From: an uncultured Spirochaetia bacterium | GTDB taxonomy: Bacteria > Oederibacteriota > PGYV01 > Palsa-1178 | Assembly (NCBI GenBank): GCA_964565765.1 | Contig: CAZMGF010000007.1 | Location: 3,222-67,221 of the forward strand | Direction: 5' to 3' | DNA: 64,000 nucleotides | Shown here: positions 44,724 to 54,049 of the stretch, one piece after another | Position numbering within the stretch: position 1 is the stretch's first letter | Layout of the letters: every line of letters starts with the position of its first letter | Translations under genes and position numbers: made by a program | The notes under the pieces: generated by a model | Database searches by the model: none | Told to the model about the DNA's origin: nothing | The model's input: the letters and a program-made list of their open reading frames with translations, nothing else

Positions 44724-45109
44724 CGCGTGCCGCCTTTTTTTGCCTTCTTCGCCTCTCCGAGCGTGTCGAGCAGTGTAATTGAATCCCGGCAAATGGCAAC
44801 AACATATTCCCTGCCTCTTGCCTCTATTATTGCGGCTTTCTTGTCCCCGAGTATGGTTTTTACCGACTTTAATTTTATCTCATCATTGAATGCCGCGGGG
44901 TTCAAATTGTACTTTTTCATTATTTTTACCGCGGCGTAAGCAAGCCCCGTCATCACGGCAAGCGCTACCAGTATTTTTACCGCGTACACCGCGGTCAGGT
45001 AGCCTGTGCCTTTATATTCATAACCTGCGTCCTTTGCGGCGGGTACGGCTCCCAAACAAAATCCCGCCATAAGGGCCGTTATTAACAGGACCGCCGCTGT
45101 TTTTTTCAC
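44720..45109 (-). CDS. fliO: FliO export-gate chaperone
   Basis: One TM followed by LGDKKAAIIEARGREYVVAI...ITLL; lies between fliN and fliP. Confidence 0.8.
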   Translation of the reverse strand: MKKTAAVLLITALMAGFCLGAVPAAKDAGYEYKGTGYLTAVYAVKILVALAVMTGLAYAAVKIMKKYNLNPAAFNDEIKLKSVKTILGDKKAAIIEARGREYVVAICRDSITLLDTLGEAKKAKKGGTR

Positions 45110-45447
45110 AGTTTTCCCGCCTTTATCGGGGCCCCTGCCGCAAGCTCGGTGATGCGTACGCCGTACTTCTCCCCTATCACAACCACTTCACCCCGCGCGA
45201 ACAGGTTTTCATTGATGTAAAAATCGACCGGTTCTCCGGCCACCTTGTCAAGTTCTATAACGGTCCCCACGTCAACGTTAAGCGCCTTTTCAAGGGTCAT
45301 TTTTGTGTTGCCCAGCTCCACAGTCGCTCCCAGGGTTACATCAAGGATTTTTTCTATCTTTTCCCTTGTAATTGAATCCTTCGCCTGAGCCTGCTCCGGA
45401 GAGCTGTTTTCTATCTGCGCAAATTCAGCCTTTTTCACATCATCCAT
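45106..45447 (-). CDS. fliN: C-ring protein FliN
   Basis: ILDVTLGATVELG...GEPVDFYINENLFARGEVVVIGEKYGVRIT. Confidence 0.93.
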   Translation of the reverse strand: MDDVKKAEFAQIENSSPEQAQAKDSITREKIEKILDVTLGATVELGNTKMTLEKALNVDVGTVIELDKVAGEPVDFYINENLFARGEVVVIGEKYGVRITELAAGAPIKAGKL

Positions 45448-46357
45448 TTTCTTTTCCTCCTTTTATGCAGGCGATAACCTTGACCGCCATTTTTTTTCCG
45501 CGTAATCCGGGCATCGCGAGAAATTTTGCCTTGCCTCCTATTGCAACGGTAAGGGGCTTGTATATGTCATGTTCGAGCGTCACGCAGTCCCCGGGCTGTA
45601 TGTCAACCAGGTCCTTAAGCTTTATATTTATGCCGCTTAATACCACCTTGCATTCAACCGGCATATTTTTGAGCCTTCCCGCCTTTACTTCCATGGTTTC
45701 CTGACTGGAATTCTTTTTTTCCTGCTGGGGCGGTTTTTTTATCCCTTTTTTAAGGACTGGTTCAAGCAGGAACGAAGGGAACCCCATCACAAAACCACCC
45801 TGATTCTCCGCAAAATTTACATCAAAGTGTATTGTGGTGACAAGGTCGTCAACCATATGAATCTCAAAATTTTCCGCTTTTTTTATCACTTCCTTGATTT
45901 CAAAAGAGTACCTGAGGTTTTTTGGAAGGGCCCTTTCAAAATGTTTCAGTATCCTTTCACATGTCCTGAAAAGGATCCTCTCTTCCATGCCCGTAATCTC
46001 CTGGCGTTCCTCGCTTTTTTTTGAGTCGCCGCCCAGAAATCCGTCCGTCATAAGGTAGCTTAAATTCCTGTCTATCTGGATGAATATTTCCCCTTCCATG
46101 CCCTCAATGCCAACCCTGGCTATTACGACCGGCATCTTTAGTTTCTTGGCCGCCTGGCCGAATTTATTGACGACAGTTTCCCTGTACTTTACGGCAAACG
46201 GCCTCTTAAAATGGCTTGAAAAAGCGAATGACAGCATTTCTGTAAAGCTCTCCGAAAGAAATTTTATAGACTTCAGTTCATCCGGCTGCAGGAGTATGTT
46301 TGACTTAAAATCGTACAGCTTGACACCCGTGTCTTTTTTTTCCGCAAGCGCCATCAT
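45440..46357 (-). CDS. fliM: C-ring protein FliM lacking the N-terminal CheY-binding peptide
   Basis: VKLYDFK, FliM middle domain and C-terminal SpoA domain present; no LSQxEIDxLL. Confidence 0.88.
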   Translation of the reverse strand: MMALAEKKDTGVKLYDFKSNILLQPDELKSIKFLSESFTEMLSFAFSSHFKRPFAVKYRETVVNKFGQAAKKLKMPVVIARVGIEGMEGEIFIQIDRNLSYLMTDGFLGGDSKKSEERQEITGMEERILFRTCERILKHFERALPKNLRYSFEIKEVIKKAENFEIHMVDDLVTTIHFDVNFAENQGGFVMGFPSFLLEPVLKKGIKKPPQQEKKNSSQETMEVKAGRLKNMPVECKVVLSGINIKLKDLVDIQPGDCVTLEHDIYKPLTVAIGGKAKFLAMPGLRGKKMAVKVIACIKGGKENG

Positions 46358-46373
46358 TTTTGCCCTCCTTTTT

Positions 46374-46910
46374 TTACTGCATCATCAGGGCGTTGAAATA
46401 TATGTTCACTACCTTAATATCAGGATCCAGGTCGGCAATTGAGGCTATTATCTCCTGTTTCATGTTCTTTTTCCCGTCCGGCATGCTAAGCTGCTGTGTG
46501 GTATAGCTGCTAAGTTTCTCCAGTATTGTGTCCCTGTACATGGACTCTTTTTCCTTTATAGCCTTTTCGACTTCTTTTGCGTCCTTGACTTCCATTGTTA
46601 TGTCGGTCTTAAGATACCTTGTGGCTTCCTTGTTTGCAAGGTTGACAATAAATTCACCCAGCTTGTAATACATTGTTTTTTCCTTTTCTTTCGCTTTTTC
46701 CTTAACCGGAAGGCTTCCGGGATCCTTTCCCGCCTCTTTTGCCGCAGCGGCACCGCCCTGATTCTGCGGCGCCATAAACTTCACCGTCAGAAAAGACGAC
46801 AGGAAAGCTCCGGCGACCATAATTCCAGCCAGTACCGCTATTCCCGGAAGTCCGCCCTTATTTTCCACCGGGACAATTTTTTCTTTTGGTTTCTGCGCCT
46901 CATCAGCCAT
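46374..46910 (-). CDS. fliL: Basal-body associated FliL
   Basis: One TM; EFIVNLAN...YLKTDITME...YRDTIL..LS...VVNIYFN. Confidence 0.9.
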   Translation of the reverse strand: MADEAQKPKEKIVPVENKGGLPGIAVLAGIMVAGAFLSSFLTVKFMAPQNQGGAAAAKEAGKDPGSLPVKEKAKEKEKTMYYKLGEFIVNLANKEATRYLKTDITMEVKDAKEVEKAIKEKESMYRDTILEKLSSYTTQQLSMPDGKKNMKQEIIASIADLDPDIKVVNIYFNALMMQ

Positions 46911-46911
46911 T

Positions 46912-47721
46912 TCATTTACCTCCCCTGAATGTTTTTTTCATTACAGCAATCAATACCCTGTCGTTTTTTTCGTCGCCGCCTTTGCCGCCGAAAAGCGGCC
47001 GCCACTGCCCGTAACCGGTAAGCGAGAGCCTCTCCGGCTCAAGCATGCTTGTGTTCTGAAAAAAACTTATTACAGATACCGCCCTTGCCGCCGACAGTTC
47101 CCAGTTATTTTTAAAAAGGCTCTCTGCGGGAGGCGTAGTGGAAGTATATCCTTCGACGGATATTTCATTTTTAAGCGGTTTCAGCATGCCCCCGATATCA
47201 GTAAGTATTGCCTTCGCGTCTTCCGTCAGCACGGCTTCACCCTGCCTGAAGAATATCTTGTCCGTTATGATTACGATATAAATGTTCCCCTCTTTTTCCT
47301 TTATATCTATTATACCCTGCAGTTTTTTGTTCATTTTAAGGTCTATAAGCTGCTGCTTTAACTCGGAAAAAATCGCGTCATTCGGGGATGTCCCGCTGGA
47401 TTCACTGGTCATTTTGAATCCTCCGGTTTCTCCTTCCTTTTTACTTACAACAAAAGGCTGCACCGACATGTTTTTTTCCTCTGAAATCACGGTCTGCCCT
47501 TTTTTTCCCTCCATTTCTCCCATAAATCCGCTCTTGATGGAAAGGGCTATTTCCTTGAATTTCGCCAGATTAAGCACGGACATTGAATACATCATTATAA
47601 AAAACGCAACAAGCAGCGTCATCATATCCGCGTATGTCAGGAGCCAGCGTTCTTCATTGTCATGATCATGGCTCTCTTCATTGAGTCCGGATCCTCCGCC
47701 TGGCGGCGTTTGCGATGCCAT
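46912..47721 (-). CDS. motB: Stator B subunit MotB
   Basis: WLLTYADMMTLL (conserved Asp32); OmpA-like domain NWELSAARAVSV. Confidence 0.95.
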   Translation of the reverse strand: MASQTPPGGGSGLNEESHDHDNEERWLLTYADMMTLLVAFFIMMYSMSVLNLAKFKEIALSIKSGFMGEMEGKKGQTVISEEKNMSVQPFVVSKKEGETGGFKMTSESSGTSPNDAIFSELKQQLIDLKMNKKLQGIIDIKEKEGNIYIVIITDKIFFRQGEAVLTEDAKAILTDIGGMLKPLKNEISVEGYTSTTPPAESLFKNNWELSAARAVSVISFFQNTSMLEPERLSLTGYGQWRPLFGGKGGDEKNDRVLIAVMKKTFRGGK

Positions 47722-47746
47722 ATTTTCTCCTTGTTATATTTTTATA

Positions 47747-48559
47747 TTATTTTGTATCTTTTGCCGGACTTTTCTTGCTTCTGCCCTCGTCCCTCTGCTT
47801 GGGCGCGATAAAGGACAAAAGCCGCTCCTCTATTATCCTGGGATTGTCCCCTGCCTGTATCGAAAGCAGGCCTTCAAGCATGATCCTTCTTTCCGTAACT
47901 TCCTTGGCGCTTATCTTTTTCAGCTTATTGGCAAGTGGCAGATAAACAAGGTTTGCCATTGAAACGCCGTAAAGCGTCGCTATAAAAGCAGAAGCAATTG
48001 CCGGCCCCATTGTGGACGGATCCGACAGGCTGGAGAGCATATTCACCAGCCCCATGACGGTTCCTATTATTCCAAGGGTGGGCGAGAACCCTCCGAGCTT
48101 TGAGAAGAAATCCTGCGATTCCGCGTGCCTCTGCTTCAAAAACACTATGTCGGTCTCCATAATCAGCCTGATATGATTCATATCAACACCGTCCACAAGC
48201 AGCTGGACCCCCTTGCGCATGAACTCATTTGTTATATTCTTTGTCTGTTTTTCAAGCACAAGCAATCCGTCACGCCTTACCTGCCTTGAGAAATTCACCA
48301 GCGTTTTTATTATTTCCGGGTAATTTGCCTCGGTGTTAAAAAACGCCTTCTTGATATATGAAGGTATCGCCATGACCTCTTCTTTTGTCAGGCCTATCAT
48401 GGCGGCCCCGAAGGTGCCGCCGAAGACAAGCAGGATCGGCCCCATTTTTACGAACATGGAGACATTTACGCCGGATCCGCCCTCCATCCCTTCAATAATC
48501 ACCGAACCAATGAGGGAAGCCCATGCAAGGACAAGCCCCAGTGATGTGATGATGTCCAT
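47747..48559 (-). CDS. motA: Stator A subunit MotA
   Basis: RRDGLLVLE; SPTLGIIGTVMGL; AFIATLYGV. Confidence 0.95.
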   Translation of the reverse strand: MDIITSLGLVLAWASLIGSVIIEGMEGGSGVNVSMFVKMGPILLVFGGTFGAAMIGLTKEEVMAIPSYIKKAFFNTEANYPEIIKTLVNFSRQVRRDGLLVLEKQTKNITNEFMRKGVQLLVDGVDMNHIRLIMETDIVFLKQRHAESQDFFSKLGGFSPTLGIIGTVMGLVNMLSSLSDPSTMGPAIASAFIATLYGVSMANLVYLPLANKLKKISAKEVTERRIMLEGLLSIQAGDNPRIIEERLLSFIAPKQRDEGRSKKSPAKDTK

Positions 48560-48565
48560 TATTTT

Positions 48566-48754
48566 TTACCTGCCCGCCCTGTTTTTTTTGTTCCATTTCT
48601 CGATCATTTCCAGTATCTTTTCCGGGGTTTCCTTGACGACGAAAGTAGTGCCGTTGTGCAGTGTAATAGCCGAGTCGGGGGACGCGTCCAGCACCTCGAT
48701 ATAATCCTCATTTATATAGACCGCCGTCCCGTCAAGCCTGGTTAATTTTATCAT
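48566..48754 (-). CDS. flbD: Flagellar protein FlbD (SwrD)
   Basis: MIKLTRLDG...INEDYIE...PDSAITLHNG..FVVKET. Confidence 0.92.
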   Translation of the reverse strand: MIKLTRLDGTAVYINEDYIEVLDASPDSAITLHNGTTFVVKETPEKILEMIEKWNKKNRAGR

Positions 48755-48763
48755 TGTGCGCCT

Positions 48764-50005
48764 CTACCTTTTAAGCCCGATAAGGGTCTGCAGCATTTCA
48801 TCGCCTGTCTGGATTATTTTGGAATTTGCCTGGTAGGCCCTTTCGTCCACTATCATATTTGTAAATTCCTGTGAAAGGTCCACATTTGACATTTCAAGGC
48901 TTCCTGAAATAATACTGCCCCTTGAGCCCGTGCCGGCCGCGCCTATGTCGGCGATTCCCGAGTTTGGACTCGACTGATAATTTGAGGAACCTGTCTTTAC
49001 GAGCCCTCCGGAATTCCTGAACGTCGCCATTGCAATCTGGCCTATTCCCTTGGTCGAACCGTTGGAGTACACGCCTGTAATTGTTCCGTCCTGGCCTATT
49101 GTGAAAGACTGAAGCACCCCCGGCGCGTAGCCGTCCTGGCTTCCTACAGTAACCGTCGATGCGGTGCCGAGCTGCGTGACTCCGGTGAAATCGGGATTAA
49201 TATCAAGCGGTGACATCGCGCCATTGGCTGTTACATCAAGCTCCAGCGTCCCGGTCTGGTCGACAAAATTTCCGTTTGTGTCAAAATCTATAACGCCTGT
49301 ATTGTCTGGGCCGACTGTTACGCCCGTGCCTGACGCGGTCCACTGCCATTCATTTGTTACAGCTGTTTTCTCAAATGTCACTGTGACCAGATGACTGTTG
49401 CCCAGCGAATCATAAACCTGGAGAGTGTTCTGAAAATCCGATGTCGGCCCCGCAGCCTGTGTGGAATCAAGATTTCCCACATAAGTGGCGGAATCCGACG
49501 GCTTTGACGTCATTAATTCGCCCATGGGTATCGTGAGATTTTGCAGTGGCGCGCTTGTATTGATATTGCCGTTGGCATCCGCCATCCAGCCCTGCACTTC
49601 CATTCCGTTGCTGGGGTTTACAAGATTATTATTGGCGTCAACATTAAACGAACCGTCCCTTGTATAGAACTGCTGCTGGCTGCCTCCCTGGGTCAGTATA
49701 AAAAATCCGTTCCCCTGTATGGCCAGATCCGTCGGCGATGAGCTTGTCTGGAGGTTCCCCTGGGTAAAAATAGTGCTGATGGTCCCGCTTGTCACGCCTA
49801 GTCCCACCTGTCTGGGGTCCGTTCCTCCGGAATCATCGGTTGGAGCCGACGCCCCGGCCTCTGTTTGTGATATCATGTCTTCAAGGGTGACTTCATTTGC
49901 CTTGTACCCCACAGTGTTGACATTTGCTATATTGTTTCCCACAACGTCCATCATTTCCTGGTACTGCTGCAATCCCGAAACTCCCGCGTTCAGCGACCTC
50001 ATCAT
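48764..50005 (-). CDS. flgE: Hook protein FlgE
   Basis: MMRSLNAGVSGL; GNNIANVNTVGYK; LEMSNVDLSQEFTNMI...YQANSK. Confidence 0.96.
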   Translation of the reverse strand: MMRSLNAGVSGLQQYQEMMDVVGNNIANVNTVGYKANEVTLEDMISQTEAGASAPTDDSGGTDPRQVGLGVTSGTISTIFTQGNLQTSSSPTDLAIQGNGFFILTQGGSQQQFYTRDGSFNVDANNNLVNPSNGMEVQGWMADANGNINTSAPLQNLTIPMGELMTSKPSDSATYVGNLDSTQAAGPTSDFQNTLQVYDSLGNSHLVTVTFEKTAVTNEWQWTASGTGVTVGPDNTGVIDFDTNGNFVDQTGTLELDVTANGAMSPLDINPDFTGVTQLGTASTVTVGSQDGYAPGVLQSFTIGQDGTITGVYSNGSTKGIGQIAMATFRNSGGLVKTGSSNYQSSPNSGIADIGAAGTGSRGSIISGSLEMSNVDLSQEFTNMIVDERAYQANSKIIQTGDEMLQTLIGLKR

Positions 50006-50038
50006 AAATTGTTGCCTCCTTGATTTATTTTTTTAATT

Positions 50039-50476
50039 TCAATATATCTGTATTATATTTGACAGCGGAATACTGGTGTTGTTAACCATCACGCTGGTAT
50101 TGCCCGCGCTGTAATCAATATTCGACACCATCCCGGTAACCTGGTTTCCGTTGGCGTCCGTGGCCACTATATTATGGCTCACAAGGTTTACGGCAAAATT
50201 TAGCTGGCAGAGGCTTTGCTGTGTGAGCAGGCTCTGGAAATTTGTATTCATAGTTGTCATCTGCTCCAGGCTTGAGAACTGCGCCATGTCAGCGATAAAA
50301 TCCTTGTTGTCAACAGGGTCAAGCGGATCCTGATTCTGCAGTTCAGTAACAAGCAGTTGAAGAAAATCCGCCTGTCCCAGCGTCTGTGTGGCGTTGGTTA
50401 CGGCAGTTGCGGTTGATGTGCCTGCTGTGGTCCCCGTCGAAGAGGTAACTCCCGACACCGGATTGGTTGTGGTCAT
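50039..50476 (-). CDS. flgD: Hook cap FlgD (short form)
   Basis: LGQADFLQLLVTELQNQDPLDPVDNKDFI...QFSSLEQM. Confidence 0.93.
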   Translation of the reverse strand: MTTTNPVSGVTSSTGTTAGTSTATAVTNATQTLGQADFLQLLVTELQNQDPLDPVDNKDFIADMAQFSSLEQMTTMNTNFQSLLTQQSLCQLNFAVNLVSHNIVATDANGNQVTGMVSNIDYSAGNTSVMVNNTSIPLSNIIQIY

Positions 50477-50490
50477 TACTTCGCCTCCTT

Positions 50491-51651
50491 CTATACCATG
50501 TATGAGTTTTTTTCAGCATTCGCCGCAGGCTGCCCTGCGGACATGTGGACGGCATGGTTGTAAACGCCGTCCTGATATATTATTTCTTCACCGCCGTTGT
50601 TTTGTTCCGCGCCGGTGTTGCTGTAATTTTGTCCCGACATATCCTGCGCCCCGACATTAACATCAAGCTGCCCCGCGCTTCCCTGGAAAACACCCGAGAG
50701 TTCGTGTTTTAAAGAATCTGCGTTGGAGGTGAGCATTGATATCGTATCCGCTCTCGAGGCTGTAATTTTTACGCTTATTGATTTATCCGCCTTCATAACC
50801 GTCTTTATCTCCATTGATCCCAGCGACGGCGGGGATAGCTTGACTACCGCCGTGTATTCAACCCCTTTTACCGGCGGTTTTTCAAATGATGCCCTGAGTT
50901 GTTTTCCCATTGTTTTAATTATTTCCTGCGCGCCGGCTGAGGCTCCCTGCGGCCCGGCCTGCGGCAATGATGCCTGTTTTACCCCGGATTGCTGCGCCGG
51001 TTCCTGCGTCTTGAATATATTTTCCCTGCTGTTCTGGCCCGGAGCGTCGTCTGATTTATTATCGCTGTTTTTTTGTTTTGAACTGGTTACCAGTATTGAA
51101 GTCACGGGCGCGGCGGTTTTCGTTTCAGGTATTTCGCCTTTTACCGGATCCTGTTGCCTGGAGTTATATAATGAGTCCTGAGCCTGCCTGTGCTGGGCCG
51201 GGGAGGCCTGCTGCTGTTTTACCGCGGTTACATACCCGGAGCCTTCTGAAGCCGTGTTTTTTGCAGCGGCGCTGTTTGCTTCCGCGGACGGCTTTGCCTG
51301 AGTACGGGCTTCGTTTATCGCACCGGAAATAACCGGGGAATAAAAAGACGCCGTGATTTTATTTCCAGCCAAGGGGGCGCCTCCGCCTTCATCTTCTATT
51401 TCCTGTTTTTTGGACTTTATGCTGCTTTTTGACTGTTTGCCGTTGTCCGGCGTTTCGTTTTCCGTACTTTCTTCATCACCACTTTTTTGTACGATAACAT
51501 TTTTTGCGGCCGGCAGCTCTTCCGCCGCAGCCGACATCAAAACCGTTTTAAAAGCCGATGGGAAATTTTTTTCCGCGCCTGAGAGCGGCTTTTCGGGGCT
51601 TTCCTTCACATCTTTAAGGCTGGTAAACGTATGCATTGTGTGTAATTTCAT
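50491..51651 (-). CDS. fliK: Hook-length control protein FliK
   Basis: Disordered N-terminal part followed by the FliK-C motif VKLSPPSLGSMEIK...LKHEL. Confidence 0.85.
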   Translation of the reverse strand: MKLHTMHTFTSLKDVKESPEKPLSGAEKNFPSAFKTVLMSAAAEELPAAKNVIVQKSGDEESTENETPDNGKQSKSSIKSKKQEIEDEGGGAPLAGNKITASFYSPVISGAINEARTQAKPSAEANSAAAKNTASEGSGYVTAVKQQQASPAQHRQAQDSLYNSRQQDPVKGEIPETKTAAPVTSILVTSSKQKNSDNKSDDAPGQNSRENIFKTQEPAQQSGVKQASLPQAGPQGASAGAQEIIKTMGKQLRASFEKPPVKGVEYTAVVKLSPPSLGSMEIKTVMKADKSISVKITASRADTISMLTSNADSLKHELSGVFQGSAGQLDVNVGAQDMSGQNYSNTGAEQNNGGEEIIYQDGVYNHAVHMSAGQPAANAEKNSYMV

Positions 51652-51659
51652 TGTTCCAC

Positions 51660-52127
51660 CTAGTTTAATCCCGCGCCCTGCGCCCTGAATTTAAAAACCG
51701 CGTACTCGTCCGATGCCTTTTGTTCATTCAGATTCTCAGCGTCTTCATGTACCTTTTCATCCCGTTCCCTTATTTTTTCATATGTAAGTGTTTCTTTTCC
51801 GGCTTCTGTCAGGTCCCTGTGCAATTCCTCGAGCTTTGCCTCAAGGGATCTTATCTCCTCTTTTTTTCTTTTTATAAATTCACCGATGCATACAAGATAT
51901 GTGTGGTAGGATTTTATTTCATTAAGATTCTGCGGCGTACGCCTTCCTTCGGAAACGGTTTTAAGCATCGTGTGCCGCATCAGCATCTCTTTTTCAACAG
52001 CTATGTTAAGTTTTATCTTTTCCACGCCGATCTGTGTATTCAGGGTGTCACACTGCTTTTTTATTTCCTTCTCCGTGAGTTCCTTATTTTTCAGAATCTT
52101 TTCAAACCTGTATTTAAAGCTGCTCAT
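51660..52127 (-). CDS. fliJ: Export ATPase stalk FliJ
   Basis: FKYRFEKILKNKELTE; coiled coil; EQKASDE; follows fliI. Confidence 0.85.
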   Translation of the reverse strand: MSSFKYRFEKILKNKELTEKEIKKQCDTLNTQIGVEKIKLNIAVEKEMLMRHTMLKTVSEGRRTPQNLNEIKSYHTYLVCIGEFIKRKKEEIRSLEAKLEELHRDLTEAGKETLTYEKIRERDEKVHEDAENLNEQKASDEYAVFKFRAQGAGLN

Positions 52128-54049
52128 TTTTTAGCCTCCTGTCTCATAATATTTTCAAGTTCTGCCAGGCTTCCGGCCGGCTCGCTCTTTTCGTCGATTC
52201 CCTGCCTTAAAAACGAATTCAATTTTTCAATTATATGACGCGCGTGGTCCACTTTTGGATTTGCACCTTTTTTATACGCGCCAATATTAATAAGATCCTC
52301 CATCTCCTGCATTATTGAGACTGTTTCCCTGGCTTTTCCCGCCGTTTTAATCTGGGCGTCGTCCGTAATGTCGGCCATCAGCCTGCTAATTGATGAAGTC
52401 ACATCAATTGCCGGATAATGATTCCGCGTGGCAAGCTTCCTTGATAGAACTATGTGTCCGTCCAGAATAGATCTCACAGAATCCGCCACCGGCTCGTTCA
52501 TGTCATCGCCTTCAACAAGCACGGTGTAAAACGCCGTTATTGATCCGCCTTTTACAAAATTCCCGGAACGCTCAAGTAATTTTGGAAGCTTGGTAAAAAC
52601 AGAAGGCGTGTATCCTTTTGTGGAAGGCGGTTCTCCGGTGGCAAGCCCTATTTCCCTTAGAGCGGTCGCGTAACGTGTGACAGAATCCATCATTAAAAGC
52701 ACATTGAGCCCCATGTCCTTAAAAAACTCGGCTATCGTGGTCGCCGCCATGGCGCCGTGAACGCGTTCAAGGGCGCTCCTGTCAGATGTGGCCGCTATGA
52801 CCACCGCTCTTTTTAAACCCTCTTCCTGCAGGTCCTTTTCAATAAAATCCTTTACTTCCCTGCCCCTCTCGCCGATGAGCCCTATTACAATGACATCAGC
52901 CGATGTGTTGCGCGCCATCATTCCCATAAGAGATGATTTCCCTACCCCGCTGCCGGAAAATATACCCATTCTCTGCCCTTTTCCGCATGTAAATAAGGAG
53001 TCTATGGCGCGTATCCCCGTGGTTAGTTTATCCTTGATTCTGTCCCTTTCAAAAGGCGTTGTCTGTATCCCGTAAATGGAGCGCTTTTCCGTAAATTTTA
53101 TTGCCGGCCCGCCGTCAATCGGGTTTCCAAGCCCGTCCATAACACGGCCAAGCATATCTTTTCCAATCCCGAGTTCAAACTGCTGCTTTAAATCAATAAC
53201 CCGGCTGTTGGGGCCCACGCCCTGCATTTCATCAAGCGGCATCAGCAGGTTCTTGCCCTCCCTGTAACCTACAGCTTCAGACTTTATCCTTTTCTTGTTG
53301 TCTTTGGTGAATATGTCGCACATGTCTCCTATAGAGCACTCAAGCCCCTCGACCTCAATAACGCTGCCGACTATTTCCTTAACAACTCCTTCGACAGTGA
53401 CAAGGCTTGTTTCAGGAGTTATTTCATTTCCCGTCAGTATCTTTTCCCCGGCATTTTTAATCTTTTCATTTATGGTCGCGTCAACGGCCCTGCTTCCGGA
53501 TTCTACTATGCAGCCGCCTTTTGAAAGCGTCCTGTCCTTTTTAAGTGTTATTCCCTTGCGTGATTTTTCAAGCTCAACCGCAAGGCCGCTTGCCGCAAGG
53601 GCGTCAAAGTCAGTTTCGTTCAGATAAACCTCGATTTCCTCGTGCGCGGCAAAATTGGCCATCGCATCTTCAACTGTTTTTTTTATCTGTCCCTCGTCGC
53701 TTTTACCTCCGGCAAGAATGTTTCTGAGTATATCCATCATATCTTGTACATTCGCCCGTCTGCGCTTTGCCTCAAGGGCGTCATATTTTTTCAGTACGCC
53801 CGAGAGCAGTGTCTTAAAACCCTTCCTGGCGTTTTTTTCCGCAAGAATCCTGGCCTCATTTGTCTGCGCAAGAAGCATTTTTTCAAATTCAAGCGCGGCT
53901 TCTTCATAACCGCGCGTGTATTCCGCCGACTTTGTCCTTAAAGCGGCCGGCAAAATTTCGTCTATTACCGCCCCCATTCCGGCCGCTGCCGAAATCATGG
54001 CGCTGGATGACGGCTTTTTTGTGTTCTTTATTATCCTATACAACGACAT
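52124..54049 (-). CDS. fliI: In-frame FliH-FliI fusion (export ATPase with its regulator)
   Basis: aa 1-205 are FliH-like (VYLNETD...DRTLSKGGCIVESGSRAVDATI). From about aa 217 the sequence is FliI (VEGVVKEIVGSVIE; FSGSGVGKS; LLMMDSVTR). No stop codon at the junction. Confidence 0.9.
   Translation of the reverse strand: MSLYRIIKNTKKPSSSAMISAAAGMGAVIDEILPAALRTKSAEYTRGYEEAALEFEKMLLAQTNEARILAEKNARKGFKTLLSGVLKKYDALEAKRRRANVQDMMDILRNILAGGKSDEGQIKKTVEDAMANFAAHEEIEVYLNETDFDALAASGLAVELEKSRKGITLKKDRTLSKGGCIVESGSRAVDATINEKIKNAGEKILTGNEITPETSLVTVEGVVKEIVGSVIEVEGLECSIGDMCDIFTKDNKKRIKSEAVGYREGKNLLMPLDEMQGVGPNSRVIDLKQQFELGIGKDMLGRVMDGLGNPIDGGPAIKFTEKRSIYGIQTTPFERDRIKDKLTTGIRAIDSLFTCGKGQRMGIFSGSGVGKSSLMGMMARNTSADVIVIGLIGERGREVKDFIEKDLQEEGLKRAVVIAATSDRSALERVHGAMAATTIAEFFKDMGLNVLLMMDSVTRYATALREIGLATGEPPSTKGYTPSVFTKLPKLLERSGNFVKGGSITAFYTVLVEGDDMNEPVADSVRSILDGHIVLSRKLATRNHYPAIDVTSSISRLMADITDDAQIKTAGKARETVSIMQEMEDLINIGAYKKGANPKVDHARHIIEKLNSFLRQGIDEKSEPAGSLAELENIMRQEAKK

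Noticed and set aside
3574-44792. Longer upstream starts in the ORF track (3574, 5949, 21791, 26616, 27955, 34451, 39449, 44792)
   Set aside because: Downstream starts have better SDs or match family N-termini; some upstream starts overlap promoters or neighbouring genes.
53419-53432. Out-of-frame ATG-AAA-TAA near the FliH/FliI junction as a sign of two genes merged by a sequencing error
   Set aside because: Only about 11 codons separate it from the first FliI strand, too few for the normal FliI N-terminus, and both halves are in one frame. Raw reads are still needed to confirm.
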